Below are positions 40,660 through 54,589 of a stretch of DNA of 64,000 bases, one piece after another. The position numbers were made by a program, and so were the translations under genes. Below the pieces are notes generated by a model. That model did not search any database, was not told the origin of the DNA, and was given only the letters and a program-made list of their open reading frames with translations. The DNA comes from Octopus vulgaris (lineage: Eukaryota), in contig OX597831.1 of the NCBI GenBank assembly GCA_951406725.2, positions 38,378,001 to 38,442,000 of the forward strand, given 5' to 3'. Positions within the stretch are counted from its first letter, which is position 1. Every line of letters begins with the position of its first letter.

Positions 40660-40870
40660 TTTTTTTTACTACCCACCAGGGGCTAAACACAGAGGGGACA
40701 AACAAGGACGGACAAACGGATTAAGTCGATTACATCGACCCCAGTGAACTGGTACTTAATTTATCGACCCGAAAGATGAAAGGCAAAGTTGACCTCGGCG
40801 GAATTTGAACTCAGAACCTAACGGCAGACGAATCACGGCTACGCATTTCGCCCGGCGTGCTAACGTTTCT
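40660..40870 (-). mobile_element. Nin-domain SINE
   Basis: ggggctaaacacagaggggacaaacaagg...catttcgcccggcgtgctaacgtttct. Confidence 0.9.
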
Positions 40871-40947
40871 ATACATATTTAGTATATTATATGTACATCT
40901 CACACATAAATGTGTATGAATATTTATATGTATGTATATATGTATAT

Positions 40948-41092
40948 GGAGAGAGTTTACGAAAAAAAACAAAGGACGAAGACAGGTGGTGTACTAAACA
41001 AACAGATGTATTAGTATAACCCTTAGGAATAGAAAAGTCTTCTACGTTTCGATTCTACGCCCTTCTACAGAAAGGGACACAGAAAAAAGAAG
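40948..41092 (-). mobile_element. Penelope-like pLTR remnant with decayed HHR (41039-41074)
   Basis: Reverse complement: cttt-CTGTAGA-agggcgtagaatc-GAAAC-GTA-gaag; homologous to 26725-26910. Confidence 0.6.
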
Positions 41093-41191
41093 ATGTGTGT
41101 ATATATATGTACATATACATTTATGCATATATATATATGTATCTATATATGTATAGATATATATATGTATATATATGTATGTATAGATATA

Positions 41192-41231
<40 letters not shown>

Positions 41232-41317
41232 CGTATACATATATATATATGTATACATATATATATATATATGTATGTATGTATGTATACACAGATAAAT
41301 AAACAAATAGAAATGAA

Positions 41318-41365
<48 letters not shown>

Positions 41366-41372
41366 TGTGTAT

Positions 41373-41414
<42 letters not shown>

Positions 41415-41609
41415 GTATATGTGTATATATGTGTATATATATTTTTTTTTTTCGATTAGATTTATTATTATTATTACTAATATTGTTGTTATACATACAA
41501 AACCCAATAATAATTCTCATAAGATGAGAATTTAGAGTTGTATTCCGTTCGGTAATTCTAAATATATTACCTGAAACATACAGGTTTCCTGGAGTACATA
41601 TTATCAATA

Positions 41610-41930
41610 ATAATGATAATAAAGATTATTGCGAAATGGCGTAGCGTTATCTTCAAATTCTTTTGAAAATATACAGCTCTACATAGATCTAAACATGTCT
41701 CAACTGCGTCGATTAGTAATAGTTGCAATTGCAACCTTATTATAATAGCGGCGCAGTATCAAAGGATATAAAAGTGAAGACCTTGAAGAAACTGCGCCGG
41801 CATTATAGTAGCGTTGCAATAGCAATTGTTTCAATGTAGTTGAAACATGTGTTGGGCGATGTAAATCTGCATATATAAAGAGAAATTAAATTTAATACTT
41901 TGCCACATCGTAATTATCCTTATTATTAAT
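41610..41930. repeat. Old imperfect palindrome containing an HHR-like motif (41779-41857, + strand)
   Basis: acatgtctcaactgcg / tgtagttgaaacatgt; attgcaac..cggcgcagt / actgcgccg..gttgcaat; gacc-TTGAAGA-aactgcg...tgtagtt-GAAAC-atgt-GTT-gggc. Confidence 0.7.
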
Positions 41931-41958
41931 ATTATTATTATTATTATTATCATTATTA

Positions 41959-42061
<103 letters not shown>

Positions 42062-42071
42062 CCTTACTATG

Positions 42072-42111
<40 letters not shown>

Positions 42112-42114
42112 CTT

Positions 42115-42253
42115 TTTACCTGTTTCAGTCACTTGATTTCGGTCGTGTTAAGACACCACCCTGAAATCTTAGTCGAATACATCGATACTAGTATTCTTTT
42201 TTAAAGCGTGGTGCCTTCTCTATCGGTTACATAACAAGGACGAAAGCATGCCA

Positions 42254-42319
<66 letters not shown>

Positions 42320-42660
42320 GTATGTATGTATGTATGTATGTATATATATATATGCATATATATACACACACATACATGCATGCATTACGCACATACATAC
42401 ATACATAAATACATACATACATACATACATAAATACATACATACATACATACATACATACATACATACATACATACATACATACATACATACATGCATGC
42501 ATATTTATGTCACGTTTCTTCCAGTTTCCGTCTACGAAATCCACTCATAAGTCAATGATCGGTTCGAGACTATTAGAAAACACCTGCCTAAGGCGTCACG
42601 AAGTGGACTGAACCCCGAATCATGTGGTTGGGAAGCAATCTTCTTACCGCACAGCCACGT
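42115..42660 (-). mobile_element. Family A SINE with internal (TA)/(TACA) microsatellite expansion
   Basis: Tail 42115-42240 and head 42510-42660 separated only by microsatellite. Confidence 0.75.
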
Positions 42661-44498
42661 GTACAAGTATATATTTACAAATACAGATTTGTATGTGAGT
42701 CTGTGCTATATGTTTGTGTGTGCGTGTTTGTGTGTATACGTGTGTGTGTATGTGTGTATGAGTGTCTTTATATGCAGACATGTATATGTGTGTGAGTGCG
42801 TAGGCGTTAAGAATATCACAGCACAACAACGTAAATACGCATTCAACACATGCCAGAATATGACCTTCTGTACGCCTGACAAGTCCTGGAACATCATTAT
42901 CTCAAGCTGAAGCGACACTGAGTACAATTTGCATTTCATTTAAATGCCACTCTAGTACGTTTACCCAAAATTTAAATTATGTTGTCGCAAATTCTTTATA
43001 CAAAACCACATCTGCCATGCACTTTATGCTAGTTTGCACAAATATCTATGCATTAATGCCTTTCAATGTCACTAATAAAATACCATTTGACATATTTCAT
43101 ATAAATATTGTTCAATAGCGTTACTCTACATGTTGACCTTTCCAACTTAAGTTGTTATATAGAAGTTTTTATTAATTATATAACTTAATATTCTTAAAAG
43201 TTGCTATATTTTCTCAGGCATAGGTAAATCTTGCCAAATATGGACCCATTAATTATTGTCAAGTTTCTGGTGTTGTCGACGCCACACGACGGAATCCAAC
43301 CGATCGGTATATTTTCTCTCTACAATTTCTTCTATCTCAATCTGCATTTCTTTATTTCTCTCTGCTCCTTTTCTCTCTTCACATTCCTTCTATTTCTTCC
43401 TCCATTCACCTCGTCCAACTATTTGTCATTTATCCATCTTCAACCCCGTCTACCCCTCTCTTGCTTTGTCTCTGTCTCTCTGTTTCTCTCTCTGTGTCTT
43501 TCTCTCCTCACTCGCTCCTTCTTCACAACTGCTCCTCCCTAAATTTCACCACTCCGCTTGTTTCACCCCCCTATTACTCACTCCTCGTCTTTGCCTGATC
43601 CTTGATTTTTCCCACTTTTTGTCTTTCTCTACCCTTCATCAGCCTGTTTTCTTTCCCACTCACCCCTTTTCGGCACCAGGTGAGCATCTCATTTCTGCAT
43701 TATCCAACCCTTCTCCTGCTTGACTGCTCACCTGTCAGTCATCCGTTCTTGGGCTGTCATCATAGCATTCATTTTCAACCCGGAATTCGCCTTAATTTTC
43801 CACACATTTCATACTACTATCAATTTCTTCCATCTTTCCATATTATTTTTTCTGTCTTCTTAACTCCCTACTTTCCTTTTCAAGTCCTATTGGACATTTT
43901 TTCGTAAGCATTACTTCTGCACATGTCTTGACTTATGCTGTCTCATAATCAAAATGCCATTACACGTAAGTATATGTTTATATATATATATATATATATA
44001 TGTGTTGTTTTCCATAATGTCCTATCCTTATTTTATCGTGCTTTACTAATTCTTTCTCTTCTTTGTCATCTTTATTTATATTCAACCAGTTATCCCTGCA
44101 GCGTTTCCTGTTGACGTCAGCAAAATGAACAACAGTCTTAGTGAAAATGGCGTGACAACGTGATGAATATGGCCGATAGTTGATGATAATTGATGTCCGT
44201 CTAGTGAGCTTGATTTTCTCGGTTTTTGCTCCATTGTCACCCCTCATAGATAGATAGATATATAGATAAATGGATGGATAGATAGTCAAACTGATAATGA
44301 TACATATGTATCCATATAGACACATATATAAATATATATCATATATGTATATATATATATATATTATACAAACACACATATTCATATATATAAAAATATA
44401 TATATATATATGTATATATATATATGCATTATATATACATATATATATGTATATATATACACGAAAATATACGAATATATGTATGCATGTATGTAAAT

Positions 44499-44535
<37 letters not shown>

Positions 44536-44550
44536 GATATATGCGTATGA

Positions 44551-44595
<45 letters not shown>

Positions 44596-45903
44596 TATAT
44601 ACATATATATACACGTATGTATGTATGTATGGGCATTTATGTAAATATGCGAATATATTCGGTGGCGCGTGTATTTGTGTACCATCATTCGTAATAATTC
44701 TCATTTGCATGGGATTTTACTTTCTGTCCATTGAATAAAACACAAGCAATTATTAATACGTCAAACGACAAACAATTAAATACGAATCCCTTACAAGAAA
44801 ATAATATTATAATATATCAGATAATTCAATCAATTCTTTATCTATGTGATAGCAGTTCAATCTACATCGTACAGTTTGCAGTTTAATTAGGCCCCTCTCT
44901 CTAATTATATAGTCTCCCTTGACCACAAGTGGCCTGAACTCTTTACATGAACACCACCCTGTATAATAACTCTATGTCCCCCTACATGGCCTTGCTTTTT
45001 GCTTTTTGAGCCAAAAAATAACTAACTAACTAACATATGACATTTAGTTTATAATTAAGTATAGATGGCTGTTACACTGATTGTAGCTTGGGGAAATTTC
45101 TGTCACGCTCAGCTAATAATATTGCTTTCTCTGTCCGTTCCTCGCTCACCCGATGAGGTATGAGTATCTAAATTTTGCAGTCTCGCGAATTGTATTACTA
45201 AAACGTTGATACTATTAATTATAGTATTCTTTTTTCATCTCATTGCTTTGCAGTAAGCTATGTGTTGGTCCCTGGTAGAGTAGATATATTGGAAATTTTG
45301 TGCAGTCATCACTTTTCAGTCATTTTAAATGGATTGGGAATGACATTATCGGATTTGTGGCTTGCGTATTCCTGACTGTTCTTATGTGATGTACGTTAAG
45401 CATTGACGTGACTGGGACGTCATGTCGCGTCACGAATATGTCACAGAAAAATATCGCCTGTATGAGATGCGACGGATGCTTCCGAGTTACATTTCCGGTT
45501 AGTCTACGTGACAATGAAATTACTGAAGAAATAAAGGACTTTCATAACTTTAATTTTTTACTCAAAGAATTGCAATATTATGTGTCATTGAGAATATAAT
45601 GTTATGTGAATATTATGTGTGCATTCAGGAACGATCGATATTCATTTGAACATTTGCTCAGCAAAACGAAATTGAACCACAAACTGAATACGTGTATTAT
45701 AATACAATAGTTTTTCACCATATATGTGTTATATATTATATTTACATACATATATAAAACATATATGTGTATGTGTGTATACATATATATATATACATAT
45801 ACATATACATGTGTGTATATATATACACAAGTGTTCTCTTGTTTGGATTTACTTTATATATGTATATATATATATATGTATTTATGTATATATATACATG
45901 TAT

Positions 45904-45934
<31 letters not shown>

Positions 45935-46004
45935 GTATATATAGGTACGCACACAGCTAGACACACATACATACACACAAACATACACACACACAAACAC
46001 TCAA

Positions 46005-46072
46005 TAGGGAATCGAGACTGTGATCCTATGACCGAGAGTCCACTGCCCTAACCACTGGGCCATTGTGCCTCC
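46005..46072 (-). mobile_element. Family B SINE head only
   Basis: gggaatcgagactgtgatcctatgaccgagagtccactgccctaaccactgggccattgtgcctccac. Confidence 0.8.
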
Positions 46073-46194
46073 ACATATACACATACATACATACGTACAT
46101 GCATACATACAGGTTTCTTTCAGATTCCTTTATCTAAATCCGCTCACAAGATTCCACACTCTGAGACTGGACCCTGAATCATGTAGTGAAGCAA

Positions 46195-47825
46195 CAGGGT
46201 CGGAGGTGGCCGGTCTTGGAAATAAATTTGTTAAAATCCCGTCTCACTACCGACACAGAATTATCAGGTAGAGGGTGAGTCTCCACCTTTCCTTTTCTCG
46301 TGGGATCGGGGCAGGTAATCCATGAAATATAGAATTATTAAAGTCTAATCTCATTGATGATACTGTCTTACGGTATTTGTTTTGTAAAATTCTATGAGTC
46401 TTATTTCAGACTTCATACATGTCATAATTGGTAAATTTCTCTGTAGGGTTATCTTTTTCGTTTTTTCTTTTGCAGTCTTAATCAATTGAATGTCTCTCAT
46501 TAGCTCGGTATCTTTAGTGTATATGGCTATTAAGCCTTTTTCTCTTCTGGCAGTCTTTTTTTTTGATCGCTGTTGTGTAGTAGTCACCGGTTTCGGTTGA
46601 GCTACTTATTGTATTTTCCTTTTGTCTGTTGTTTTCTTCTCATCTTTTTCTTCCTTTTCTTCTTCCTCTTTTTCTTTTTTCTCCTCTTCCTCCTCTTGCT
46701 CATTTTCCTTGCAGTTCCTTCGGATGTGGCCTAATTGACCACATAAAAAAAACATCGGGTTTTTCGGCCCTCAACAAACACCACGAAGGTCTCCTCCCCT
46801 ATCTCAATTGTCTCGGGAATTGCTTCAATTATTTTAGAGTCAGTTTGAATGATGAGATTAACTGTTTGACCAGTCCAGTTAGCGTTTTCGGTAGCGGCAG
46901 CCTGGAGGAGAGTAATTTTCTCTTCCTCTTTGATTAGGACTGTCGCCAGCAACCACATAGGATCTACTTCCTCTGGGACCCTTGTGATTTTAATTCTTGA
47001 CGTTCTCATCCCCATATAGGTGGAGATGAGCGTCACGTCGTTCGTTTTCAGCGTTTCTACTGAATGCTTCTGTGCAATTTCTTTGTTGGTAAACCTTACT
47101 ACCAACGTTCCGATTTTATGCCTCTTATCAGATAAACCACCTTCAGGCATTTCTCTATCTTCTCTTCTGTAATTTTCTCAATTTTTCTTTTTTGCAAACA
47201 GTAAGTTTTGAATAGTGTTGTTTTCTTCTAATATTAATTTCTCCAGTGGGTGTATTTTAACTACGTTGTCATTTATTTGCGTCATTTCACTGTATTTCAT
47301 AAAATCACACTTATTCGTCGAAGGCGGCCGGATTCCACCCCAAGCTGCCAACGCAAAACTTTTTTTCTGTTTTTGGCTGTTCAGTTTGGATGCTAGGTAC
47401 ATCAATTATTATTTTTGGACAAAATACTTTTGTTGTTTGGCAAACTCGGGAATTCTTCTAGTGAAAGTTCTGATGAGCTTTCAGACACATCTCCAACTAC
47501 ATTTCGTTATTCTTTTTTGCAACGGGGGAATCTATTATTTCTTTGTTCTTTATTGGCTCCTCGCCAGACAACATGTAATTCTCCATTTCAACAGGAGAAA
47601 CAAACCTTTCTGTTCCAACAGTAGGCTCCTCGCTAGATGACGTTTCCCCCCACCCGAACGGGGGAATGAACAATGTGTGCTTTCTACAAGCAATTAGTGT
47701 TTTCAAATGAAAACTCCAACAGTTAAGAAATTCAACAATTTTACAAGAAACAGCAGTTATTAGCAATATTAACACCAAGAAACAGCAATTTTCACCACGA
47801 ACACATGTGCCACGCGTAAGAAACA
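46195..47825 (-). mobile_element. ORF1-only (HAL1-like) L1/Tx1-related retroelement, disrupted
   Basis: RRM-like GTLVVRFTN..RTSRIKITRVPEEVD..IPETIEIGEETFVVFVEGRKTRC, then across a T8 frameshift C-x-x-CGQLGHIRRNC (CCHC); no EN/RT downstream. Confidence 0.65.
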
Positions 47826-47827
47826 AA

Positions 47828-48247
47828 AGAGACAGACAAAATACCTATTTCTTTACTACCCACAAGGAGCTAAACACAGAAGGGACAAACACGGACAGAC
47901 AAACGGATTAAGTCGATTATATCGGATCCAGTGCGTAACTGGTACTTATTTAATCGACCCCGAAAGGATGAAAGGCAAAGTCGCCTCGGCGGAATTTGAA
48001 CTCAGAACGTAGCGGCAGACGATATACCCACGAGGGGCTAAACACAGAGTGGACAAACAAGGTCAGACAAACGGATTGAATCGATTGTATCGACCCCAGT
48101 GCGTAACTGGTACTTAATTTATCGACCCCGAAAGGATGAAAGGCAAAGTCGACCTCGGCGGAATCTGAACTCAGAACGTAACCGCAGACGGAATACCACT
48201 AAGCATTTCGCCCGGCGTGCTAACGTTCCTACCAGCTCGCCGCCTTA
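47828..48247 (-). mobile_element. Nin-domain SINE concatemer
   Basis: Two tandem cores plus the start of a third (aaatacctatttctttactacc junction); head ...accagctcgccgcctt. Confidence 0.9.
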
Positions 48248-49163
48248 TAGTGATATTGTTAAATGAGATGATCAGTGCAGGAAAAATTTTAAACTCATGC
48301 CTTCTCTAGCATGGGCTAAACAGAAGCTGCCACATCTACAAGAAAAACAGCACTTACGTCAAGGGAACAGAAAAAGCCAAATATTAATTTTAAAAAAAAA
48401 GAACTCACACACATTTACTATTTGTCGATGCAGATCAATACTAATTTCCTTGGTTTTAAACTTTTCATTTATTAACTAATACTTGTACGATATAATTTTC
48501 ACTGTAATATGCCAATCAAATAATTGAATAAATAATCGAGAGATAAATATACATTTACCTTCATTCACACATGCATACATACGATCGTGTGTGAGATATA
48601 CTGAATAAAATGACGCATATTCACACATGTAAAGAGTGCATACTAATACAGAGAAACTGACTCACGAATGTACTTCCATAGATTAAAAATAAGAGATATA
48701 AAAAAAATGAAACAAATCATAAAAAAGTTCAGAAAAAATAATTGAGACTAAGAATTTAATGGATGAATCTTCCACTTCAGGTCTCTTTTTTTTCATTATT
48801 TTTCATTATTATTATTATTATCGGTTCGAATTTTTTTTAGAACTTCTCATCAATGATTAAATTAAATAAGTATATATTATATCAAGTGTATCAAATAACT
48901 AATATCTCTCGATTTCGTTACTTCTTTGATGTGTCAATTTATGGACAGCCAGAGATAGAGTGATAGAGACGGGTATGTGGTGGGGTTGAAAAAGTAACGG
49001 GGAAAAAATATATACATCTCGATTCTATTTTTTGACGTATTGCTTTTCTGCACACATACATACATTTATGCAGTAATACATAGCTATATACATAGTCATA
49101 CACACACACACACACACACATACACACACACACAGACACACACACACACATACACACACACAC

Positions 49164-49205
<42 letters not shown>

Positions 49206-49327
49206 CACAATGTAGATATGCTATATGCATTCTCTTATATATAATTGTATGACTTTATATTATGTATGTTACTATCTATGTCTATAACATTATCTGCTGA
49301 CACCAATAAATATATATAGACATATGT

Positions 49328-49450
<123 letters not shown>

Positions 49451-50654
49451 CGTATACCTACATATATATGGCCTTGCATATACTAATATCTATACACGTA
49501 TAAGTGTACATGTGAATGCGTGTGTGTGTACTTATGTGTATATCTGAGTGTCTGTGGTTTGCATAAAAAATTATGTTTTCAGCCATTTTGCAGTGTCGGA
49601 CATTAATATCATCAAAGACAAATAAGAAAATAAAATTAAAATATCAGAATGCTTTTTCTAAACATAAAGAATAAAAAAATAAGCAAAACCGAAATTAAAA
49701 TAAGAGGTTATTGGCTCCATCTAAATTTCACTGAAAAATAAAAGTCAGAATTAAACTTAGTTTGCTTATTACCGTGCTTATTACGGCATAACAAATACTA
49801 TTCAGATAAATACACAAATCTACAGTGAAACACAGCGAAGACTTCGTGTAGATGAATATTTATTAATCCTATACCTGAAAGCAATAGGTAAAATGTATTA
49901 GCTACATTTTAAAGTTCGAAGGTGTCCATCAATATGATATCAATCCTATTGACATCAAATGCACAATATGGCGGAATAGATGCGTTGTTTTAGTGTATGT
50001 GACCTATTCCCAAATATATTAGTAGTTTAGGTGAAAAGAAATTACAACATCTGCGAATCAAACGAATAGAACAAAGACGTAGATACGTTACTATATTGAT
50101 TTCGAATGTAGTAATATAGCCAAATATATTTTTGTAGTGGATAATATGATCGATTCTCAGTAACGTATGTACTTGAATTGGGGTTACATTGTCGACCTCA
50201 GGAAGCGAGAAAAGTGACGTGGAAATATGTTAGACTTGAAGCCAGAAAGTAATGTAGGATACAGGTACTTTTTTTTTCTTTTCCGTTGCTTTTCCTATTC
50301 CACCAATCCGAATCCGGGAAGAGATATTTAGAAAAAAAAATTGAAAGAAATTCATTGCCACCAAAGAAATGTTAGTCACGCGCATACACACACATACACA
50401 AACACATATAAATGCACGTACCTCCACATATACAGACACAGACATAAACATACACACCCCGGAATACCCCCCCAATTCACACATATATTTATATATATAT
50501 ATATACATATATATATACATATATATATATATACACAAATATACATACTTACATATTTCCAAACATACATATGAATGTGTGTACGTACTTTTACATAGGC
50601 ACACATGTATACACATATAAACATCCATATATATATATATATATGTGTGTGTGT

Positions 50655-50719
<65 letters not shown>

Positions 50720-50790
50720 GTATATTTAATTTTATTTGTTGGGGAATAAAAATTCCGGCATAACAGGGGTTCAAATTCTCAATGAAGAAA

Positions 50791-51002
50791 TATATATTTT
50801 CATTTAGAGATAGTAGGCCCCTTCATCTCACCATATAAAAAATTATTATTATTTTAAATACCTACTAACGTGGCTTCACTTGTTTCATGAGGTACATTCA
50901 TGTGCCTCATGAAACACGTGAGCCAAGTTATAAAATAGTAGGTATTTAAAATAAAAATTCTTTTTATGTGGTGAGTTGAAAGGGCCTACTATATCTAAAT
51001 GA

Positions 51003-51010
<8 letters not shown>
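50791..51010. repeat. Palindrome (about 105-bp arms) centred on an HHR-like stem II/GAAAC
   Basis: ttttcatttagagatagtaggccc.. / ..gggcctactatatctaaatgaaaa; centre tgtttcatgaggtaca-ttca-tgtgcctcatGAAACacgtg. Confidence 0.85.
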
Positions 51011-51085
<75 letters not shown>

Positions 51086-51879
51086 TGACATATATTTATG
51101 CATACTCATACGTATATATTTAGATCTGCATGTATATATATATACATAAGCATATGAGTATATTCTCGACGTGTGCAAGACTATCGCTGCACTTTTCCAC
51201 TTCAATAAATAACTAGTCCTTGCCCTCACGAAACGTAACTATTAATTACTTTATTATTTATATTTTACTATTTATGTAAATGAAATTTGGTTTAGATTGT
51301 CCTTTTTTATTTTAAGCCCAAATCATTTGGTCTTTCACTGCGATTATTTAGCTTAGCAAAGTCCTCTCTGTACCTTCTTGATTGTGGAATATATCTTCCT
51401 TGTGAACCAATGCCAACATCTTGATTTAGGTACACTATAATTGATTTAGGATGTAAATATGCAGAACGATTATAAGTCCAGGATTTATTTCATTCTTATT
51501 AATGGTAATATGTCAACATGTCCCTCGAATATGGCTTCTTATATTATATCACATGCTTAATGGAAATTCGGTTTGGCTGCTTTGAATTTTAATTAATTTA
51601 GGATTACAATTCTCTGTAATTTAGCTTAGTTCATTCGGTGGCATTACGACATCGTGGAAATAAAAGCCAAATGTGGCCTCACATCAGACATATGGTTTTA
51701 GAACCCATAGGAGATACTCGAAAATGAAGCCCTAGATATAATTGAAAGAATCGAGGGAAGGTTCCGAGGCACATCATTTGTCATAGAATTTCCGTCTCAT
51801 ATTCAAAGTGGGGATCAAAACCAATTACAATAATATACTTCATCGAGGTATTACGTACGTGCTGAAATATATTGATTTC

Positions 51880-52080
51880 AAATTTGGCACAAAGGGCAAC
51901 TTGTTAGGATGAGGGATATATCGATTGCATTGACCCCAGTGCTCAACAGATATTTATTTTACCGACCCAGAAATGATGAACGGTAAAGTCGACCTCGACG
52001 GAATTTGAACCCAGAATGTTGCGACGAGTGAAGTACACCTAAGCATTTTGCCCGGCGTGCTAACGCTTTTGCCGGGTCTC
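51880..52080 (-). mobile_element. Degraded Nin-domain SINE
   Basis: aaagtcgacctcgacggaatttgaacccag...cattttgcccggcgtgctaacg. Confidence 0.8.
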
Positions 52081-52804
52081 TACTGAAATGATTGCTGCGT
52101 ATATTTGACATAATAATCCTTGACGATTCACAACTAAATACATTATTATTCCCAAATGTAAATACTGAAAGAATTAGACAAACAAATAGTGTTATGTTTC
52201 AGACAAACAGCTGTAAATATTTTAGTAATGATAAAGAGAAAAAGAGGTGAAAAGACATATTGGGGCAGATTAGAAGGAAAATATACTTAGTGACTTCGTT
52301 AGGAAATTAGTTTTCCCTATCGATAAAAACCAAGAGTGGCTGTACTCTGATACAATCTTTATTATTTAGCAAGAACAACACACTTGAAACCAGACGTCGT
52401 AGTTGATTGAATGGTAAGACTGCAGAAAGAGTTAACCAAATCTACAACAGACGACTATGTCTAGAAACCAATACCGTTAACAAATTAATTTTTCAACTCA
52501 GAGTCAACATATACACAAGATCGACAACATGTCACCTTCAAGTGAGAAAAGCAGGAACATTTTCATAATGCAGCACGAACTGAATTCAATCAGGCAGTAA
52601 AATTTTATGAAAAGACTATATTTCAATGAGTTGCTTCCTTTGTATTTATGTATTTCTCCTTTATTGTTGTTATGGTTGTTGTTGTTAGTAAGGTTGCTGT
52701 TGTTATTGTTGTACTGCCCCAACTTCTCTGCCATGGAGCAAATTTACGATGAAAAGCTTTGCGAATGAGAATATTTTTAATATTTGGATATCACAGTATA
52801 TATA

Positions 52805-53369
52805 TTGGGTTGTCCGGAAAGTTTGTGCCAATTTATAGTAGCTTACTTTTTGACTTATTTTAGAACATGGTTGACTCCATAAAATAGATTTTTACTACAC
52901 CTCCATTTAGAGCAAAGTTTAAACTATTTTTTCGTGGAAGAAGTTTTATGTTCCTATAACCTGTGTTAATTCTGTAACCCTTTAAAATGGAAATTAAGAA
53001 AGTTCATTTTTGGCACTTGATGCTTTGGAAACCAGACAAAAATTGCTGCAGCTCGGCTGGGATGTGTTACCCCACCCTGCATATTCACCAGATATTGCTC
53101 CTTCGGATTTTCACTTATTCAGGTCTCTGCAGAATAGTCTTAATGGAAAAAATTTCAATTCTTTGGATGACGTAAAAAGATACCTTGATGAATTTTTTGC
53201 CATGAAAGCACCTCAATTCTGGAAAGAGAATATTTTCATGTTAAAAGAAAGATGGAGACACATTGTGCAACAAAATGGTTCATATTAGGTTGATTAAAAT
53301 TTTAATTGCAAGTATTTATTGACCTTTTCTTTCCTTTAAAAATCGGCACGAACTTTCCAGACATCCCAA
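52805..53369 (+). mobile_element. Non-autonomous mariner deletion derivative (second copy)
   Basis: TA-flanked TIRs; MEIKKVHFWH fused to ALETRQKLLQLGWDVLPHPAYSPDIAPSDFHLFRSLQNSL..RWRHIVQQNGSY. Confidence 0.92.
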
Positions 53370-53544
53370 TAGTTCCATGTATTCCATGACATCTACTTGT
53401 GATTTCTGTTCTGACTTGAGGGATGGGGTTGGCTGTTATTATCATCTGATCGAAATTAAAGCGACAAACAGACAGAATCGTTAGCCCGTTGGGCTAAATG
53501 CTTAGAGCCATTTCGTCAGTCTTTACGTTCTGAGTTCAAATATA

Positions 53545-53755
53545 TCTGTATAACGTAACTACATGTGTTTGTTGGCCACCTTTTCCTCCGTCTTCCTTTT
53601 CCCTTGGACTTTCCTCTGTCTCGTGTTTCTGAAGAAGAGCATTGCTCGAAACAAAAAAAGCAACCTTTCCCTGGGTGTCTTTTAATACTTTCCATATACC
53701 ACATCCTCGAGATGTTGCTTTTCCATGTTTTTTTTTTCGTCTTTTGGATTAATTA
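53545..53755 (+). mobile_element. Penelope-like pLTR remnant with HHR core (53626-53655)
   Basis: ttt-CTGAAGA-a-gagc-att-gctc-GAAAC-aaaaaaag; cleavage triplet eroded. Confidence 0.55.
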
Positions 53756-53794
53756 TACACACACACACACATATATATATATACACTATATATA

Positions 53795-54305
53795 TATATT
53801 ATATTAAATTAGAGACAAAACCACTATTAGGCAAATCAAACAATGAAAAACTTAAGCCAATACATAAGATATTTAATTTATATTATTTAAATATATAACA
53901 AAATTATTAAAAAAATATAATTAATATCACACTACGATCGTTTCATGGCTGCTAACTTCTTCAAATTTTTGAGTCACAGTCATTCATCAGGTGGTTTAAA
54001 TATTTAAACATCGCCAAGATAAATATTTAAACCAACTGATGAATGAGTGTGACTCAAAAATTTGAAGAAGTTAGCAGCCATGAAACGATCGTAGTGTGAT
54101 ATTAATTATATTTTTTTATAATTTTGTTATATATTTAAATAATATAAATTAAATAATCTTATGTATTAGCTTAAGTTTTTCATTGTTTGATTTGCCTAAT
54201 AGTGGTTTTGTCTCTAATTTAATATAATATAATATTTTACTATAAAATTGGATTCAATCCTAAATCTGATTTTTCCCTGTAAGTTTGGATTTATTCCCTA
54301 ATATT

Positions 54306-54310
<5 letters not shown>
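53795..54310. mobile_element. Fold-back element: about 212-bp arms (53795-54006 / 54020-54231) with back-to-back HHRs plus a 3' extension
   Basis: Arms near-perfectly complementary; HHR on minus 53930-53993 (cac-CTGATGA-atgactg..cagccat-GAAAC-gatc-GTA-gtg) and on plus 54033-54096. Confidence 0.85.
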
Positions 54311-54342
<32 letters not shown>

Positions 54343-54380
54343 CTTACATACCTATATATATACATTCGCACACATTCAAA

Positions 54381-54436
<56 letters not shown>

Positions 54437-54589
54437 CATATAGTTATAAATACAAATAGTTATGCGCATGTATTTATGTTTTCAAAAATAATTATGGCGA
54501 AATCAGATTTTAGGACACCATTCTAAATGTCGAAACTGTTTTACCAATTCAAGAAGATTACACGTGACTTTCACGTAAATTTTATTTTC

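Noticed and set aside
43978-44688. 236-aa ORF and similar YI/HT/VC-rich ORFs across the window
   Set aside because: Translations of (TA)n and (CA)n microsatellites.
45145-45185. ccgatga-ggta-tgag-tatc HHR-like hairpin
   Set aside because: Lacks GAAA and stems I and III.
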